Source of the DNA: an uncultured Gemmatimonadales bacterium
GTDB taxonomy: Bacteria; Gemmatimonadota; Gemmatimonadetes; Longimicrobiales; RSA9
NCBI GenBank assembly: GCA_963798085.1
Contig: CAWCRS010000005.1
Coordinates: 544,001 to 608,000, forward strand
Length of the DNA: 64,000 bases
Direction of reading: 5' to 3'
The translations under genes and the position numbers were made by a program. Each line of letters starts with the position of its first letter. Within the stretch, counting starts at the first letter, position 1. Shown in pieces: positions 29,924 to 39,672 of the stretch. A model generated the notes under the pieces. That model was not told the DNA's origin. It made no database searches and was given only the letters and a program-made list of their open reading frames with translations.

Positions 29924-31954
29924 GTGATGAGCAGCATACACATTGATGAGCGCAACGAGTGGCTGGAGGCGGATGGACTGGGCGGGTTCGCGTCGGGCAC
30001 GCTGACCGGCGTGCGAACACGGCGTTATCACGCGCTGCTGCTGCCCGCCACGACGCCGCCCACCGGTCGCTACGTGCTGGTCAACGGCTTCGATGCCTGG
30101 GTGGATACGGCGGCCGGTCGGCACGCGCTCAGTACGCAGCGCTACGGACCCGATGTCCTGTTCCCCGATGGGGCGCACCGCATTGCGGAGTTCCGGGACT
30201 CGCCCTGGCCCACCTGGATCTACCACCTCGAGGATGGCACCGAGATCGTGCACGAGGTGTTCGCGCGACGGGACAGCGGCATGATTGCGCTTTCCTGGCG
30301 CCTGCTGGCGCCGCAGCCTGGCGTCACACTGGTGCTGCGGCCGTTCCTGTCGGGGCGCGATCTGCACGCGACACACCACGAGAACGGCGCATTCCGTTTC
30401 GAGGCGCAGCAAGCGCGCGGTCAGGTGTCGTGGCAACCGTACGAAGGGCTGCCCCGCATCGTCGCCTGGCACAATGGCGACTACACGCACGAACCGCTGT
30501 GGTACCGCAATTTCCTCTATGCGGAGGAACGTGCGCGCGGCCTCGATGACACGGAGGACCTGGCTTCGCCCGGCACGCTGCGCTGGGAGCTGGGGGCAGG
30601 CGAAGCAGTCTGGGTGCTGGGCACGAGCGGTGCTGCGCCGCAGGGCAATGACATGGAGGCGACGCAGTGGCTCAAACAGGCGAGAGCGGCGGAACGGCGT
30701 CGTCGCCAGCGCCAGCATTCCCGTCTCGAGTGCGCCGCCGATGCCTACATCGTGCGCCGCGGCACGGGTCGCACGATCATCGCCGGGTATCCCTGGTTCG
30801 GAGACTGGGGCCGCGACACGTTCATTGCACTGCGCGGTCTCTGCATCGCGACGGGCAGAATTGCGGAGGCGAAGGACATCCTGATCGAATGGGCCGGCCA
30901 GGTGTCGGAAGGCATGCTGCCCAACCGCTTCGCCGAGCAAGGTGATCAGCCGGAATTCAATTCCGTGGACGCGGCGCTCTGGTTCGTGATCGCCGTACAC
31001 GACCTGCTGGAGGTCGTGGGCGCCAACCGGCGCAAGCTGCTGGCGCGCGAGCGCACCACGCTGCGGCAGGCCGTGCAGCGCATCCTCGAGGGTAACGCAG
31101 CGGGCACGCGTCATGGCATCCGCATGGATGCGGATGGCCTGCTCGCCGCGGGCGCGCCCGGACAGCAGCTTACCTGGATGGATGCGCGTGCCGGCGATCG
31201 CGAGGTGACGCCGCGCATTGGCAAGCCGGTCGAGGTGCAGGCGCTCTGGCTGAATGCACTGGCCATCGGCACCCGGCTGGATGCGCGCTGGGAGCCCGTC
31301 TTCGAGCGCGGTCGCTGCGCCTTCACGGAGCGCTTCTGGGACGGCGAACGCGGCTGCCTGCACGATATCGTCGATGCGGGACACCGCGCCGGCGCGGTGG
31401 ATCCCACGTTCCGGCCTAACCAGATCTTTGCAGTGGGCGGCCTGCCGCTCGTGCTGCTCGATGGCGCGCGCGCTGCCCGTGTCGTGGATCAGGTCGAGCG
31501 CCGCCTGCTTACACCCATGGGCCTGCGCAGCCTGGCGGCCGATGAGCCCGGCTACGTCGCGCACTACGAGGGCGGCGTCGCGCAGCGCGATGCGGCCTAC
31601 CATCAGGGAACCGTGTGGCCCTGGCTCATGGGCGCCTTCGTCGACGCCTGGGTGCGCGTCCGCAGTGCCGGCCTGGACGGGGGCGATGCGGCAGCGGATA
31701 CGGCGCAGGCGACGAATGCCGCCTCAGCCACGACGCTGACACCGCAACGCGCCCGCGCGGCGCGACGCGCCGTCCTCAAGGAAGCGAAGCAGCGGTTCCT
31801 CGAGCCGTTGCTCGCCCATCTCGATGAAGCCGGCATCGGTCACCTCTCGGAAATCGCCGACGCCGAGCCACCCTTCACACCGCGCGGCGCGCCATTTCAG
31901 GCGTGGTCGCTGGGTGAGACCATCCGGATCAGCCACAGGCTTGGTAACATCTGA
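29924..31954 (+). CDS. Amylo-alpha-1,6-glucosidase (archaeal-type glycogen debranching enzyme)
   Basis: EWLEADGLGGFASGT, TRRYH, IIAGYPWFGDWGRDT, LTWMDA, RPNQ, YHQGTVWPW, FQAWS. Confidence 0.9.
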   Translation: MMSSIHIDERNEWLEADGLGGFASGTLTGVRTRRYHALLLPATTPPTGRYVLVNGFDAWVDTAAGRHALSTQRYGPDVLFPDGAHRIAEFRDSPWPTWIYHLEDGTEIVHEVFARRDSGMIALSWRLLAPQPGVTLVLRPFLSGRDLHATHHENGAFRFEAQQARGQVSWQPYEGLPRIVAWHNGDYTHEPLWYRNFLYAEERARGLDDTEDLASPGTLRWELGAGEAVWVLGTSGAAPQGNDMEATQWLKQARAAERRRRQRQHSRLECAADAYIVRRGTGRTIIAGYPWFGDWGRDTFIALRGLCIATGRIAEAKDILIEWAGQVSEGMLPNRFAEQGDQPEFNSVDAALWFVIAVHDLLEVVGANRRKLLARERTTLRQAVQRILEGNAAGTRHGIRMDADGLLAAGAPGQQLTWMDARAGDREVTPRIGKPVEVQALWLNALAIGTRLDARWEPVFERGRCAFTERFWDGERGCLHDIVDAGHRAGAVDPTFRPNQIFAVGGLPLVLLDGARAARVVDQVERRLLTPMGLRSLAADEPGYVAHYEGGVAQRDAAYHQGTVWPWLMGAFVDAWVRVRSAGLDGGDAAADTAQATNAASATTLTPQRARAARRAVLKEAKQRFLEPLLAHLDEAGIGHLSEIADAEPPFTPRGAPFQAWSLGETIRISHRLGNI

Positions 31955-31971
31955 GACAGAACGGCGACAGC

Positions 31972-32014
31972 GTTCCTCGGGCCGGGGCTGGGGCTGGGGC
32001 TGGGAAACGGATTC
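31972..32014 (+). repeat. G-rich dispersed repeat, copy 2 (five G-tracts)
   Basis: GTTCCTCGGGCCGGGGCTGGGGCTGGGGCTGGGAAACGGATTC, 17 nt after the debranching-enzyme stop. Confidence 0.65.
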
Positions 32015-32163
32015 GTCACCTTCGCGAAGCGCATCGGTCGTCGACGCCGGCTGGTTCTCCAGGTCCTCGCCATGCGTGAACCTGAGCGGAAATCTCAGGC
32101 GAGCTATGCCAATGGACTGCGGCTCGTGTGTCGCGCCTGCGGGCAGTGCGTCCCGCTGTTCGC

Positions 32164-32409
32164 TCAACCATTGCCCTCGAGGCGGGTCACAATGCGCTCC
32201 AGCAGATCGACGGGCGCCATGATGCGACGCAGCTTGCCGCGCACTTCCTCGACGAACGTGGTCTCGAAGCGGTACTCACGCGCGCACACTGCGCACTCGA
32301 GCAGGTGTGCTTCCACGCGTTCGCGTTCTTCCGGTGACAACGTACGATCCACGTAATCATCCAGTCGTCGGAATGCGTCTTCGCAGGTGTACTTCTCCAC
32401 CGGGCTCAT
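32164..32409 (-). CDS. Zinc-binding anti-sigma factor (zf-HC2, RsrA/RshA-like)
   Basis: C...L..YVD..LS......HLLECAVC (HxxxCxxC); soluble; ATGA overlap with the sigma gene. Confidence 0.9.
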   Translation of the reverse strand: MSPVEKYTCEDAFRRLDDYVDRTLSPEERERVEAHLLECAVCAREYRFETTFVEEVRGKLRRIMAPVDLLERIVTRLEGNG

Positions 32410-33002
32410 ACGGGCACCTCATCCTTCAGGCCGGAAATGATGCCGTCCTCCTGTGCAATCGTCCACAGCGCTTTCTGCAGCATGCGGCGACCGCGGTGCA
32501 AACGCGATCTTACAGTGCCCACGGGACAGCCCAGCACGTCTGCGATCTCCTGGTAGCTGGCGTCCTCCAGGAAATAGAGTGAAGCCGCCGCCTGGTATTC
32601 CTCGGGCAGCGCGGCGATGGCTTCGGCCACGCGCTCCACGTTGATCTTCTCCAGCAGCAGCTTCGCCGGATCATTGCTCTTCTCGTGCAGCCCCGCTTCC
32701 CGCGTCTGCCGGTAGAGGTACAGCTCGTTCGCATCATCCAGGTCCACGGTCTCGGGTCGCCGTTTCCGCGTGCGGTTCTTCGCGTACACGCAGTTCGTCA
32801 GGATGCGGTAGAACCACGCCTTGAAGTTCGTGCCCTGCTCGAAGGTGTCGAACGCGCGGAACGCGCGCAGCGCCGCCTCCTGCACCAGGTCTTCGGCGTC
32901 GGCCGCATTGCGCGTCATCGAGTACGCGAGGCCGTACGCCTTGTCGAGCAGCGGCCGGAGCAGCTGCTCGAACGCCTGTGTGTTCGCCCTCTCCTGCTCC
33001 AT
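32406..33002 (-). CDS. ECF sigma factor, SigH/SigR-like
   Basis: [53 protein letters not shown]. Confidence 0.92.
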   Translation of the reverse strand: MEQERANTQAFEQLLRPLLDKAYGLAYSMTRNAADAEDLVQEAALRAFRAFDTFEQGTNFKAWFYRILTNCVYAKNRTRKRRPETVDLDDANELYLYRQTREAGLHEKSNDPAKLLLEKINVERVAEAIAALPEEYQAAASLYFLEDASYQEIADVLGCPVGTVRSRLHRGRRMLQKALWTIAQEDGIISGLKDEVPV

Positions 33003-33065
33003 GTGCACCGAGCCAGGTTCCCCACCCCGTTGCGCGGCGGCCGCCACGCAACCCACAGAGTGTCG

Positions 33066-33093
33066 TAATGCCGCTGTAATGAGAAGGGTTCCA
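33066..33093 (-). promoter_or_regulatory. Candidate autoregulatory ECF promoter TGGAACC-N15-GCATTA
   Basis: Identical -35/-10 boxes and spacing upstream of msrA (42510-42537). Confidence 0.6.
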
Positions 33094-33322
33094 CTGTTCA
33101 ATGGAAAGGGTTGCAGGCGACGATACCCGTTCATCGGTGCTGGCCGGTCCGCCTGCCTTTTCACGCCTTCCAAGGCTGGGAGGAAGCGGCGCGCGCCGGA
33201 CGCAGCGGATTGTTTCCCGGCCGTTACCCGGCTGCATTGCGTCAGCGGCAGGGATTGTGCATTGCAGACGAGCTTTCGATGAGAGAACTCGCGATCGGTG
33301 GGACCTGAACGCGAAAGGAACC

Positions 33323-33541
33323 ATGCAGGAGAATGGCATTGCAGGCAGGCGGCTGGGTATCGCCGGCGACACGCGGAACACACGCGTCCTGACGCAGGAG
33401 AACAGGACCGTTGGCGGCGTGCGCTGGCTGGGAATGAGCGAATCGTCGGCCGATCGCGGCCGCACGGAGCGCCCTGCCGGTACGCTCATCATTGGCGATG
33501 CCCACGGCCCACGTCTGCTCGAGTTGTTGCGCGCCAGCTGA
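33323..33541 (+). CDS. Possible small hypothetical protein (72 aa)
   Basis: AAAGGA RBS before ATG in an otherwise empty ~780-bp intergenic region; no recognisable motif. Confidence 0.3.
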   Translation: MQENGIAGRRLGIAGDTRNTRVLTQENRTVGGVRWLGMSESSADRGRTERPAGTLIIGDAHGPRLLELLRAS

Positions 33542-33780
33542 CTCTCACCCGAACGCAGGCCCGGTTTCAGCAGTGCGGGCATTTCGCCTGCACGGGCTGC
33601 CGGGCCTGCCCGCAATCGGATCGACTCTGGCATCCTCCGGGATGTAACAGATAATTTGGCGACGGCGGTCCCCCGGGATCGGCCGCGCGTCCGGGACGGG
33701 CGCCTCCTGCGAGGCGCCCGTGTGTTTTTCCGGCGCCGCACAGCGCGGTGTCGCAGCGTACACCGAGTAGGGAGGCTCGA

Positions 33781-34488
33781 ATGCGCAACACGGTGATAGC
33801 GGGGACGGTCGCCCTGATCACGGGCGTGGTCCTCACGTCAGCGACGCCAGGTCAGGCGGCCGGCCAGACGTTTGCCTACGCGTCACTGGGCAATTCCGCG
33901 TACGGCGAGAGCGGCGACTTCTGCCTCGATCCGGGCGCCTTCTTCACCAGTCTCGAACTTGGTGTTTCCGGTGGCCTGCTGGGCGGCTCGGCGCAGTACA
34001 TCAACGGCGACTGGCCGTGGCCGAACAGGCCGCCGCCGGGTTCCGGTGCGCTGGTTCGCGGCGTGCGCTTTTCCGGTGCGGGCGGGGTGCAGGAATCCGT
34101 GCTGCTCAGGCACGGCAGAGCGTTCCAGTTCATGGCACAGTTCAATCCCGCACGGGTCGTGAGCGAGGGCGTCAATCGCTTCGTCCGACCGTTCGTCGGC
34201 GTGGGCGTTCACATCTCGACGGATGGCGATCCGGCGGCTGCGGCCAATGGCCAGCCGGTCGTCTACGGCATCAAGGGACAGACGCGGCCCTTTGTCGCGT
34301 ATGGCGTCAACGGCCTGCTTCCGCTGGGCGCGCGTGTCGGCCTGACAGCGGGTTATCGGGGGACGAGTGTGTTCTTCGGCGATTTCCAGTACGTCACGCC
34401 ACAGGGAACCGCAGTGGAGCCTTCGCCGGGCCAGACTCTCACCTCGGGAATCTGGACGGTCGGTGCCACCATTCGCGTGGGAAGCTGA
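33781..34488 (+). CDS. Secreted, probable outer-membrane beta-barrel protein
   Basis: GGAGG RBS; signal peptide; RPFVGVG / RPFVAYG strands; terminal W.VGATIRV. Confidence 0.65.
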   Translation: MRNTVIAGTVALITGVVLTSATPGQAAGQTFAYASLGNSAYGESGDFCLDPGAFFTSLELGVSGGLLGGSAQYINGDWPWPNRPPPGSGALVRGVRFSGAGGVQESVLLRHGRAFQFMAQFNPARVVSEGVNRFVRPFVGVGVHISTDGDPAAAANGQPVVYGIKGQTRPFVAYGVNGLLPLGARVGLTAGYRGTSVFFGDFQYVTPQGTAVEPSPGQTLTSGIWTVGATIRVGS

Positions 34489-37110
34489 CTACCTGACTGC
34501 CTGCGCGCGGTAGAATTCGGCGGAATCGCGGCGACCGAGCTTGTCATAGACGCTGGCAAGTCTGGTCGCCGCTTCGCTGCGCCGGGCGCTGTCCGACGCC
34601 GCGAAGAGATCAATGGCGGCGCGAAAATGGCCGACGGCGTTCCGTGTCTGTTCGCGTTGCAGCAGCGCCTCGGCCAGCAGCACTTCTGTGTATCCGGCGT
34701 CGTGGTTGCGCTCCGGCTTGCCGCTCTGCTGCTCACCCACGCGATACGTGTCCAGCGCCAGGCGCAGGGCCTGCTCCGCGCCTCTGGAATTGTGCTGCCG
34801 CAGGCGCAGGTCACCCACCTGCGTCCAGGCCCACGCAGTGAAACTGTGTCCCGGGTCATTCACGCGACCCGATGTCTCCGCCGCTTTCACGAACTCGGAC
34901 TCCGCTTCCCGCAACCTGCCCTGGTCGGTCAGCACCTGGCCCAGAAAGGAGTAGGCAATCGCCACATTGCGATGTTCCGTGCCGTAGGCGCGCTGCAGAA
35001 TCGCGAGCGCTGTTCGCGCTTCCGTTTCTGCTTCTGCCGGACGCCGCAGTCTCAGGAGGGCGGTTGCGCGGCCCCAGCGTGTGCGCGCCACTGCCGGCGC
35101 ATCCGGGCCCTGGGCGCGGATACGCAGTTCGATCACCGCCTGGTAAAGCGAATCGGCCTGCTCGTCTCTGCCGTCGAGGCGCAGATCCGCGAGACCCTCG
35201 AGCGCTCCAGCCTTCAGGTCGATCGGCAGATTGGGTTGTCGCAGCATCTCCTGATAAAGTCGCTCCGCCACCGAATCGACGCCCCGCTTGCCCGCGGTGG
35301 ACAGGTTGTACAGCACGAACGCGAGCGAGCGCTTGCTCTCCGCTGTGAGCCGGTCACCCGGTTCGAGGAGATGGCTGCGAATGTCGAGTGCGCGCCGAAA
35401 CCAGTCAGCCGCCTCTTCGAACTTCTCATCGCGCTGCGCCACCTGACCGATTCCCATCATGCTCACGGCCATGTCGAGACTTTCGCTCAGTGGCAGCAGG
35501 ATCGCGTAGGCCTGACGGAACAGTGAATCGGCGACCGTGCGCTTGCCCAGGTTGAACGCCACCTGTCCGAGTGTGTTCATTGCCGCTGCTTCGAGCCGCG
35601 GCTGATCCTGCAGAGGCCGCAGGTTTTCGCGGCCTCGATTCACCACGGAATCTGCGTTGAAGCTGCGGGCCGCCGGGTTCACGTCGGGATCGAAGCCGCC
35701 CAGCGTGCTGACCATGAAGTCGCGCGCCGCCGCGGCCCGCGTGGCCTCCGCCTGGCGCTCGCGGCTCTGACTCCTCGCGACCGAAGCCAGATACGACGTG
35801 ACCGCGGTCGAGCTCACGAGCACGAGGCCCAGCACGGTCGCCAGCACCACCATGGCGCGGTTGCGCCGGACGAACTTGCGTACCTTATAACCGCGTGATA
35901 GCGGATGGGCGCGAACCGGACGGCCGTCGAGATGGCGCTCGATGTCCTCCGCCAGCGCGATGGCGGAGACGTAGCGGTCTTCCGGATTCTTACTCAGTGC
36001 GCGATGGCAGATGGCGTCGAGATCGCCGCGCAGCGCCTGCACCAGTGATTCCTGGCGCACCAGCCCGCGACTGCGCGCGATCGCTTCCGTGCGCTCGTCG
36101 CGCGTTCTCGCCACCGCCGCGCTGGGCGGGACGGGCTCCTCGTTGCAGATCACCTGCTCCATCTCCAGCAATGTGCGACCCGTCAGGTCGTAGGGCAGGC
36201 GGCCGCACAGCATCTCGTAGAGCACGATCCCCAGCGCATACACATCCGTGGCCGTCGTCGTGACCTGTGCCCGGATCTGTTCCGGCGCGGCGTACTGCGG
36301 CGTGAGCCTGGCTTCGTGCACCTGCGTGATGGCGGCCGGCGCGTCCTCCGTACCCAGCACCTTCGCTATGCCGAAGTCCAGCAGCTTCACCTCGCCGTTT
36401 GCTACCACGATGTTACCAGGCTTGAGATCGCGGTGGATGACGAGGTTGCTGTGCGCGTACTGCACGGCCTGACAGACGGTCTGGAAGAAGCGCAGGCGCT
36501 CGCGAATGGTGAGCGTGTGCTCGTCGCACCACTGGTCGATGGGCTCGCCTTCGGCCAGCTCCATGACGATGAAGGGCAGGCCGTCGCGTGTGACGCCGCC
36601 ATTGAGCAGACCGGCAATGTGCGGATGTTCGAGGCGAGCCAGGATGTGCCGCTCGTGCTGGAACCGGCGCAGAATCTCGTCCGTGTCCATGCCGCGCTTC
36701 ACGATCTTGAGCGCGACATTCTTCTGGAACGCGCCGTCGGCGCGACTGGCCTGATAGACGGCCCCCATGCCGCCGCGACCGAGCAGCCGCTCGATGCGCC
36801 ACGCGCCTACGATGTCGCCGGGTGTTACACGGTCGCGGTCGAGATCACCGCCGTGCTCGATCGCATCCCTCGCCACCAGCAGAGGCGGCACATCGAAGCG
36901 CGCGCCCGCCGCTTCGCTGGCGGCCAGCAGTGCTTCCACCTCGCGACGCAGAGCCGGATCACCCGTCGTCGCCTCATCCAGGATCTGCACGCGCTCCGCC
37001 TCGTCCGCGTCCAGCACGCGGTCCACGACTTCTTCAATGCGGCGCCAGTGTTCGGCGTCAGGCGAGTTCACGGCGAACGCGGAATGGGGAGCAAATGAAT
37101 CTCTGGACAT
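34489..37110 (-). CDS. Hanks-type Ser/Thr protein kinase with TM segment and TPRs
   Basis: LGRGGMGAVY, VALK, HRDLKPGN, DFG, TPQYAAPEQ, DVYALG; TM; TPRs. Confidence 0.93.
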   Translation of the reverse strand: MSRDSFAPHSAFAVNSPDAEHWRRIEEVVDRVLDADEAERVQILDEATTGDPALRREVEALLAASEAAGARFDVPPLLVARDAIEHGGDLDRDRVTPGDIVGAWRIERLLGRGGMGAVYQASRADGAFQKNVALKIVKRGMDTDEILRRFQHERHILARLEHPHIAGLLNGGVTRDGLPFIVMELAEGEPIDQWCDEHTLTIRERLRFFQTVCQAVQYAHSNLVIHRDLKPGNIVVANGEVKLLDFGIAKVLGTEDAPAAITQVHEARLTPQYAAPEQIRAQVTTTATDVYALGIVLYEMLCGRLPYDLTGRTLLEMEQVICNEEPVPPSAAVARTRDERTEAIARSRGLVRQESLVQALRGDLDAICHRALSKNPEDRYVSAIALAEDIERHLDGRPVRAHPLSRGYKVRKFVRRNRAMVVLATVLGLVLVSSTAVTSYLASVARSQSRERQAEATRAAAARDFMVSTLGGFDPDVNPAARSFNADSVVNRGRENLRPLQDQPRLEAAAMNTLGQVAFNLGKRTVADSLFRQAYAILLPLSESLDMAVSMMGIGQVAQRDEKFEEAADWFRRALDIRSHLLEPGDRLTAESKRSLAFVLYNLSTAGKRGVDSVAERLYQEMLRQPNLPIDLKAGALEGLADLRLDGRDEQADSLYQAVIELRIRAQGPDAPAVARTRWGRATALLRLRRPAEAETEARTALAILQRAYGTEHRNVAIAYSFLGQVLTDQGRLREAESEFVKAAETSGRVNDPGHSFTAWAWTQVGDLRLRQHNSRGAEQALRLALDTYRVGEQQSGKPERNHDAGYTEVLLAEALLQREQTRNAVGHFRAAIDLFAASDSARRSEAATRLASVYDKLGRRDSAEFYRAQAVR

Positions 37111-37146
37111 CCGGGGTGGGAACGTGTCGCGGCACGTCCGCGCGCA

Positions 37147-37752
37147 TCAGTTCGCTTCGGCGTCGTCCGGCTCGGGCAGCGGCGGCACCTCGCCGTACAG
37201 CTGCATGTACAGCCAGCCTCTCGCCTTGACCCAGTCGCGGCGCACGGTGCGCACGGAGATGCCGATCACTTCTGCCGTCTGCTCTTCGGAGAGACCGCCG
37301 AAGTAGCGGCACTCCACCAGCCTTGCCAGCCGCTCGTTCAGCGCCGCCAGCCGGTCGAGTGCTTCGTTCAGCGCCAGGATTTCGTCCGACTGGCTTTCCA
37401 GCGCGATCAGGCCCGAGTCGAGCGTGATGCGCGCTTGCACACCGCCGCGCTTCTGTGCGTGGCGCCGGCGCGCGTGGTCCACGAGGATGCGGCGAAACAC
37501 GCGCGAGGCGACGCCGAAGAAGTGGGCGCGGTCCTGCCAGTCGATGTCCTGCTGGCCGACGAGGCGCAGGTACGCTTCATTGACGAGTGCGGTGGCCGAG
37601 AGAGTATGGTCCGGCCGTTCGGAAAGCAGGCTTCGCTGCGCGATGCGACGAAGCTCGTCATAGGTGAGCTGCCAGAGACGATCGGCGGCTTCCTTGTCTC
37701 CGGCAGCGGCGCCGACCAGGGCCTGGGTTACCGCGTGATCTCTATGCTCCAT
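37147..37752 (-). CDS. ECF sigma factor of the STK-associated type
   Basis: YDELRRIA, HTLSATALVNEAYLRL, RRILVDHAR....KRGG, RTVRRDW.KAR. Confidence 0.9.
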   Translation of the reverse strand: MEHRDHAVTQALVGAAAGDKEAADRLWQLTYDELRRIAQRSLLSERPDHTLSATALVNEAYLRLVGQQDIDWQDRAHFFGVASRVFRRILVDHARRRHAQKRGGVQARITLDSGLIALESQSDEILALNEALDRLAALNERLARLVECRYFGGLSEEQTAEVIGISVRTVRRDWVKARGWLYMQLYGEVPPLPEPDDAEAN

Positions 37753-38065
37753 CGCGCAAACTCCGACCACACAAGGGCTTTCGGACCCCTGTCGGCCGGT
37801 CTGAGTATGTCGCTTGGGAACCTAATCTCGGACGCCACCCGCCGCGGCGCAATGGTGGCCCCGGCTCTCGTGTGGTGCTGCGCCCCGTCCACCTGCGGGG
37901 TCCGGCCCAGAACCAGGCGCCATCCCCTCCTCATGGATTCGACGGGCAGCAGCGCAGCGATTCGCTGACCGGCTGGCACCCTGGCACGACGTGACCGAGG
38001 CCTGTTAGCCAGGCGCGTGACTGCTGCGAGCGCTCCGAGGGCAGGAATGCGGGGCTCGCGCTCCG

Positions 38066-39361
38066 CTAGATGGCCGGGTCCGAGGTGTTGCCGCTGCGCG
38101 ATTGCGCCGCCGCTTCCAGCCGGCGCAGCACTTCCGGATAACGCGCCACCACATTTTCGAAGGCGGTGCGCGAGAGGGAATAGACGTCCGCGTACTGCAC
38201 GGCGCGCACGGTGGCGCTGCGCGGTGCCTGCCGCAGCAGTGCGATCTCGCCGAAGAAGTCGCCCGGCTCCATCAGCGCGAGGCGGCGTCCATCGCGCGAC
38301 ACCACTTCCAGCTGGCCGCGCGCGATGAAGTACATGTCGCGTCCTTCATCGCCTTCCTCGAACACGACATCGCCGGGCGTCAGCACCAGCGGTCGCAGGT
38401 GCAGCGCGATTTCCTTGACGAAGTCCGGGTCCGCGCCCCGGAACAGGTCGCCTTCCGCCAGCAGGTCGCGCTTCAGGTGCAGCGATACTTCGGCGCGCAG
38501 GTTCTTGGGCAGCGCGCTGAGGAAGTCGAACTCGTCGTAGCCGAGGCGCTGTTTCCAGACGTGGTAATGGTAGTCGTAGATGCGGCGCTGCAGGGAGCGT
38601 GGCAGGCGCGCGTACTTGGTCGCCGTCGCCAGCTTCTCGATATTCTCCTGGAAGCGCAGCCGTGCCGGATCCCGCCGTGTCCAGAGCCCGGCGACGAAGC
38701 CTACCACGTAGCCGAAGAAGCCCACGCCCAGCGCCATCGTGCCGATGGCGTAGAGCTTCTGCGTGATGTTGGCGGGCACCACATCGCCATAACCGACTGT
38801 TGTGATGGTCGACATGGTCCAGTAGAGCGCGTCCACGTACGCGGCAGGCGAGTGCACGCCGGGCGCAATGCCGCGCAGCGCGATCCAGCCGCACGTGATC
38901 CAGTGCGTCGCCAGCGAAATCCAGAACACCGTGTAGACCAGCAGCAGCGCGTCCGCCCAGCGCAACTCGCGCACCCGCCACTCGGCCAGTACGGCGCGCA
39001 CGCGCTCCAGCTTGACGAGGCGCAGCAGATCGGACGCCGGCATGCCCGTCAGCACCGACCACGGCACCGCGGCGATCACGTCGAGCGGCACCCGGAGCAT
39101 GTCGCGCGAGCGGAAGCGCCACGCGGTGACCGGCCCGCGGCGGGCACTGCCCGCGAGCCGCACGCGCAGTGGAATGTCGAGCAGGAAGATCAGCGTGAAG
39201 AGGGCGCGCAGCCAGCGCACGGTGGTCGTCTGACTGACGCCCAGCACGAGATCGAGCGGGACGAGAACGGCAAGCGTCGCCGTGCTCAGTACAACAATGG
39301 CGTTCCAGAGATCGAGCCCGCGCGTGCTGACTTCGCCGGGCGCCGGCGCAACGGCGGTCAC
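38066..39361 (-). CDS. Cyclic-nucleotide-gated K+ channel (SthK-like); start approximate
   Basis: S4-like LLRLVKLER, filter TITTVGYGD, C-linker, canonical CNBD FFGEIAL....RSATVRA. Confidence 0.88.
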   Translation of the reverse strand: MTAVAPAPGEVSTRGLDLWNAIVVLSTATLAVLVPLDLVLGVSQTTTVRWLRALFTLIFLLDIPLRVRLAGSARRGPVTAWRFRSRDMLRVPLDVIAAVPWSVLTGMPASDLLRLVKLERVRAVLAEWRVRELRWADALLLVYTVFWISLATHWITCGWIALRGIAPGVHSPAAYVDALYWTMSTITTVGYGDVVPANITQKLYAIGTMALGVGFFGYVVGFVAGLWTRRDPARLRFQENIEKLATATKYARLPRSLQRRIYDYHYHVWKQRLGYDEFDFLSALPKNLRAEVSLHLKRDLLAEGDLFRGADPDFVKEIALHLRPLVLTPGDVVFEEGDEGRDMYFIARGQLEVVSRDGRRLALMEPGDFFGEIALLRQAPRSATVRAVQYADVYSLSRTAFENVVARYPEVLRRLEAAAQSRSGNTSDPAI

Positions 39362-39398
39362 GGCGTCCGAGCGGGCGACGTCGCGGGGACCGCGCGAA

Positions 39399-39635
39399 TC
39401 AGTTGCGGATGGCGTGGGCGCAGCCGCAGGCGGCTCCCGTCGAGGGGCATGTGCCCAGGTCACCGGATGCAGGCGACGACTCGCCTCCGCCGACCAGCGC
39501 GGGCGCCGACATGCGCAGCACCGCACCCTTCTGTCCGCAGGAGGGGCACACCTGCGCGGCCAGCCGTTCGTCCATCTTGAGGCGTCGCTCGAAGGCCGTG
39601 CCGCAGTGGCGGCACGCGTACTCGTAGATCGGCAT
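39399..39635 (-). CDS. FmdB-family zinc ribbon protein
   Basis: MPIYEYACRHCG..FE.....CPSCG. Confidence 0.88.
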   Translation of the reverse strand: MPIYEYACRHCGTAFERRLKMDERLAAQVCPSCGQKGAVLRMSAPALVGGGESSPASGDLGTCPSTGAACGCAHAIRN

Positions 39636-39672
39636 ATCCGTCTCTCAGTCGCGATGTAGGTGTGTCAGGCGC

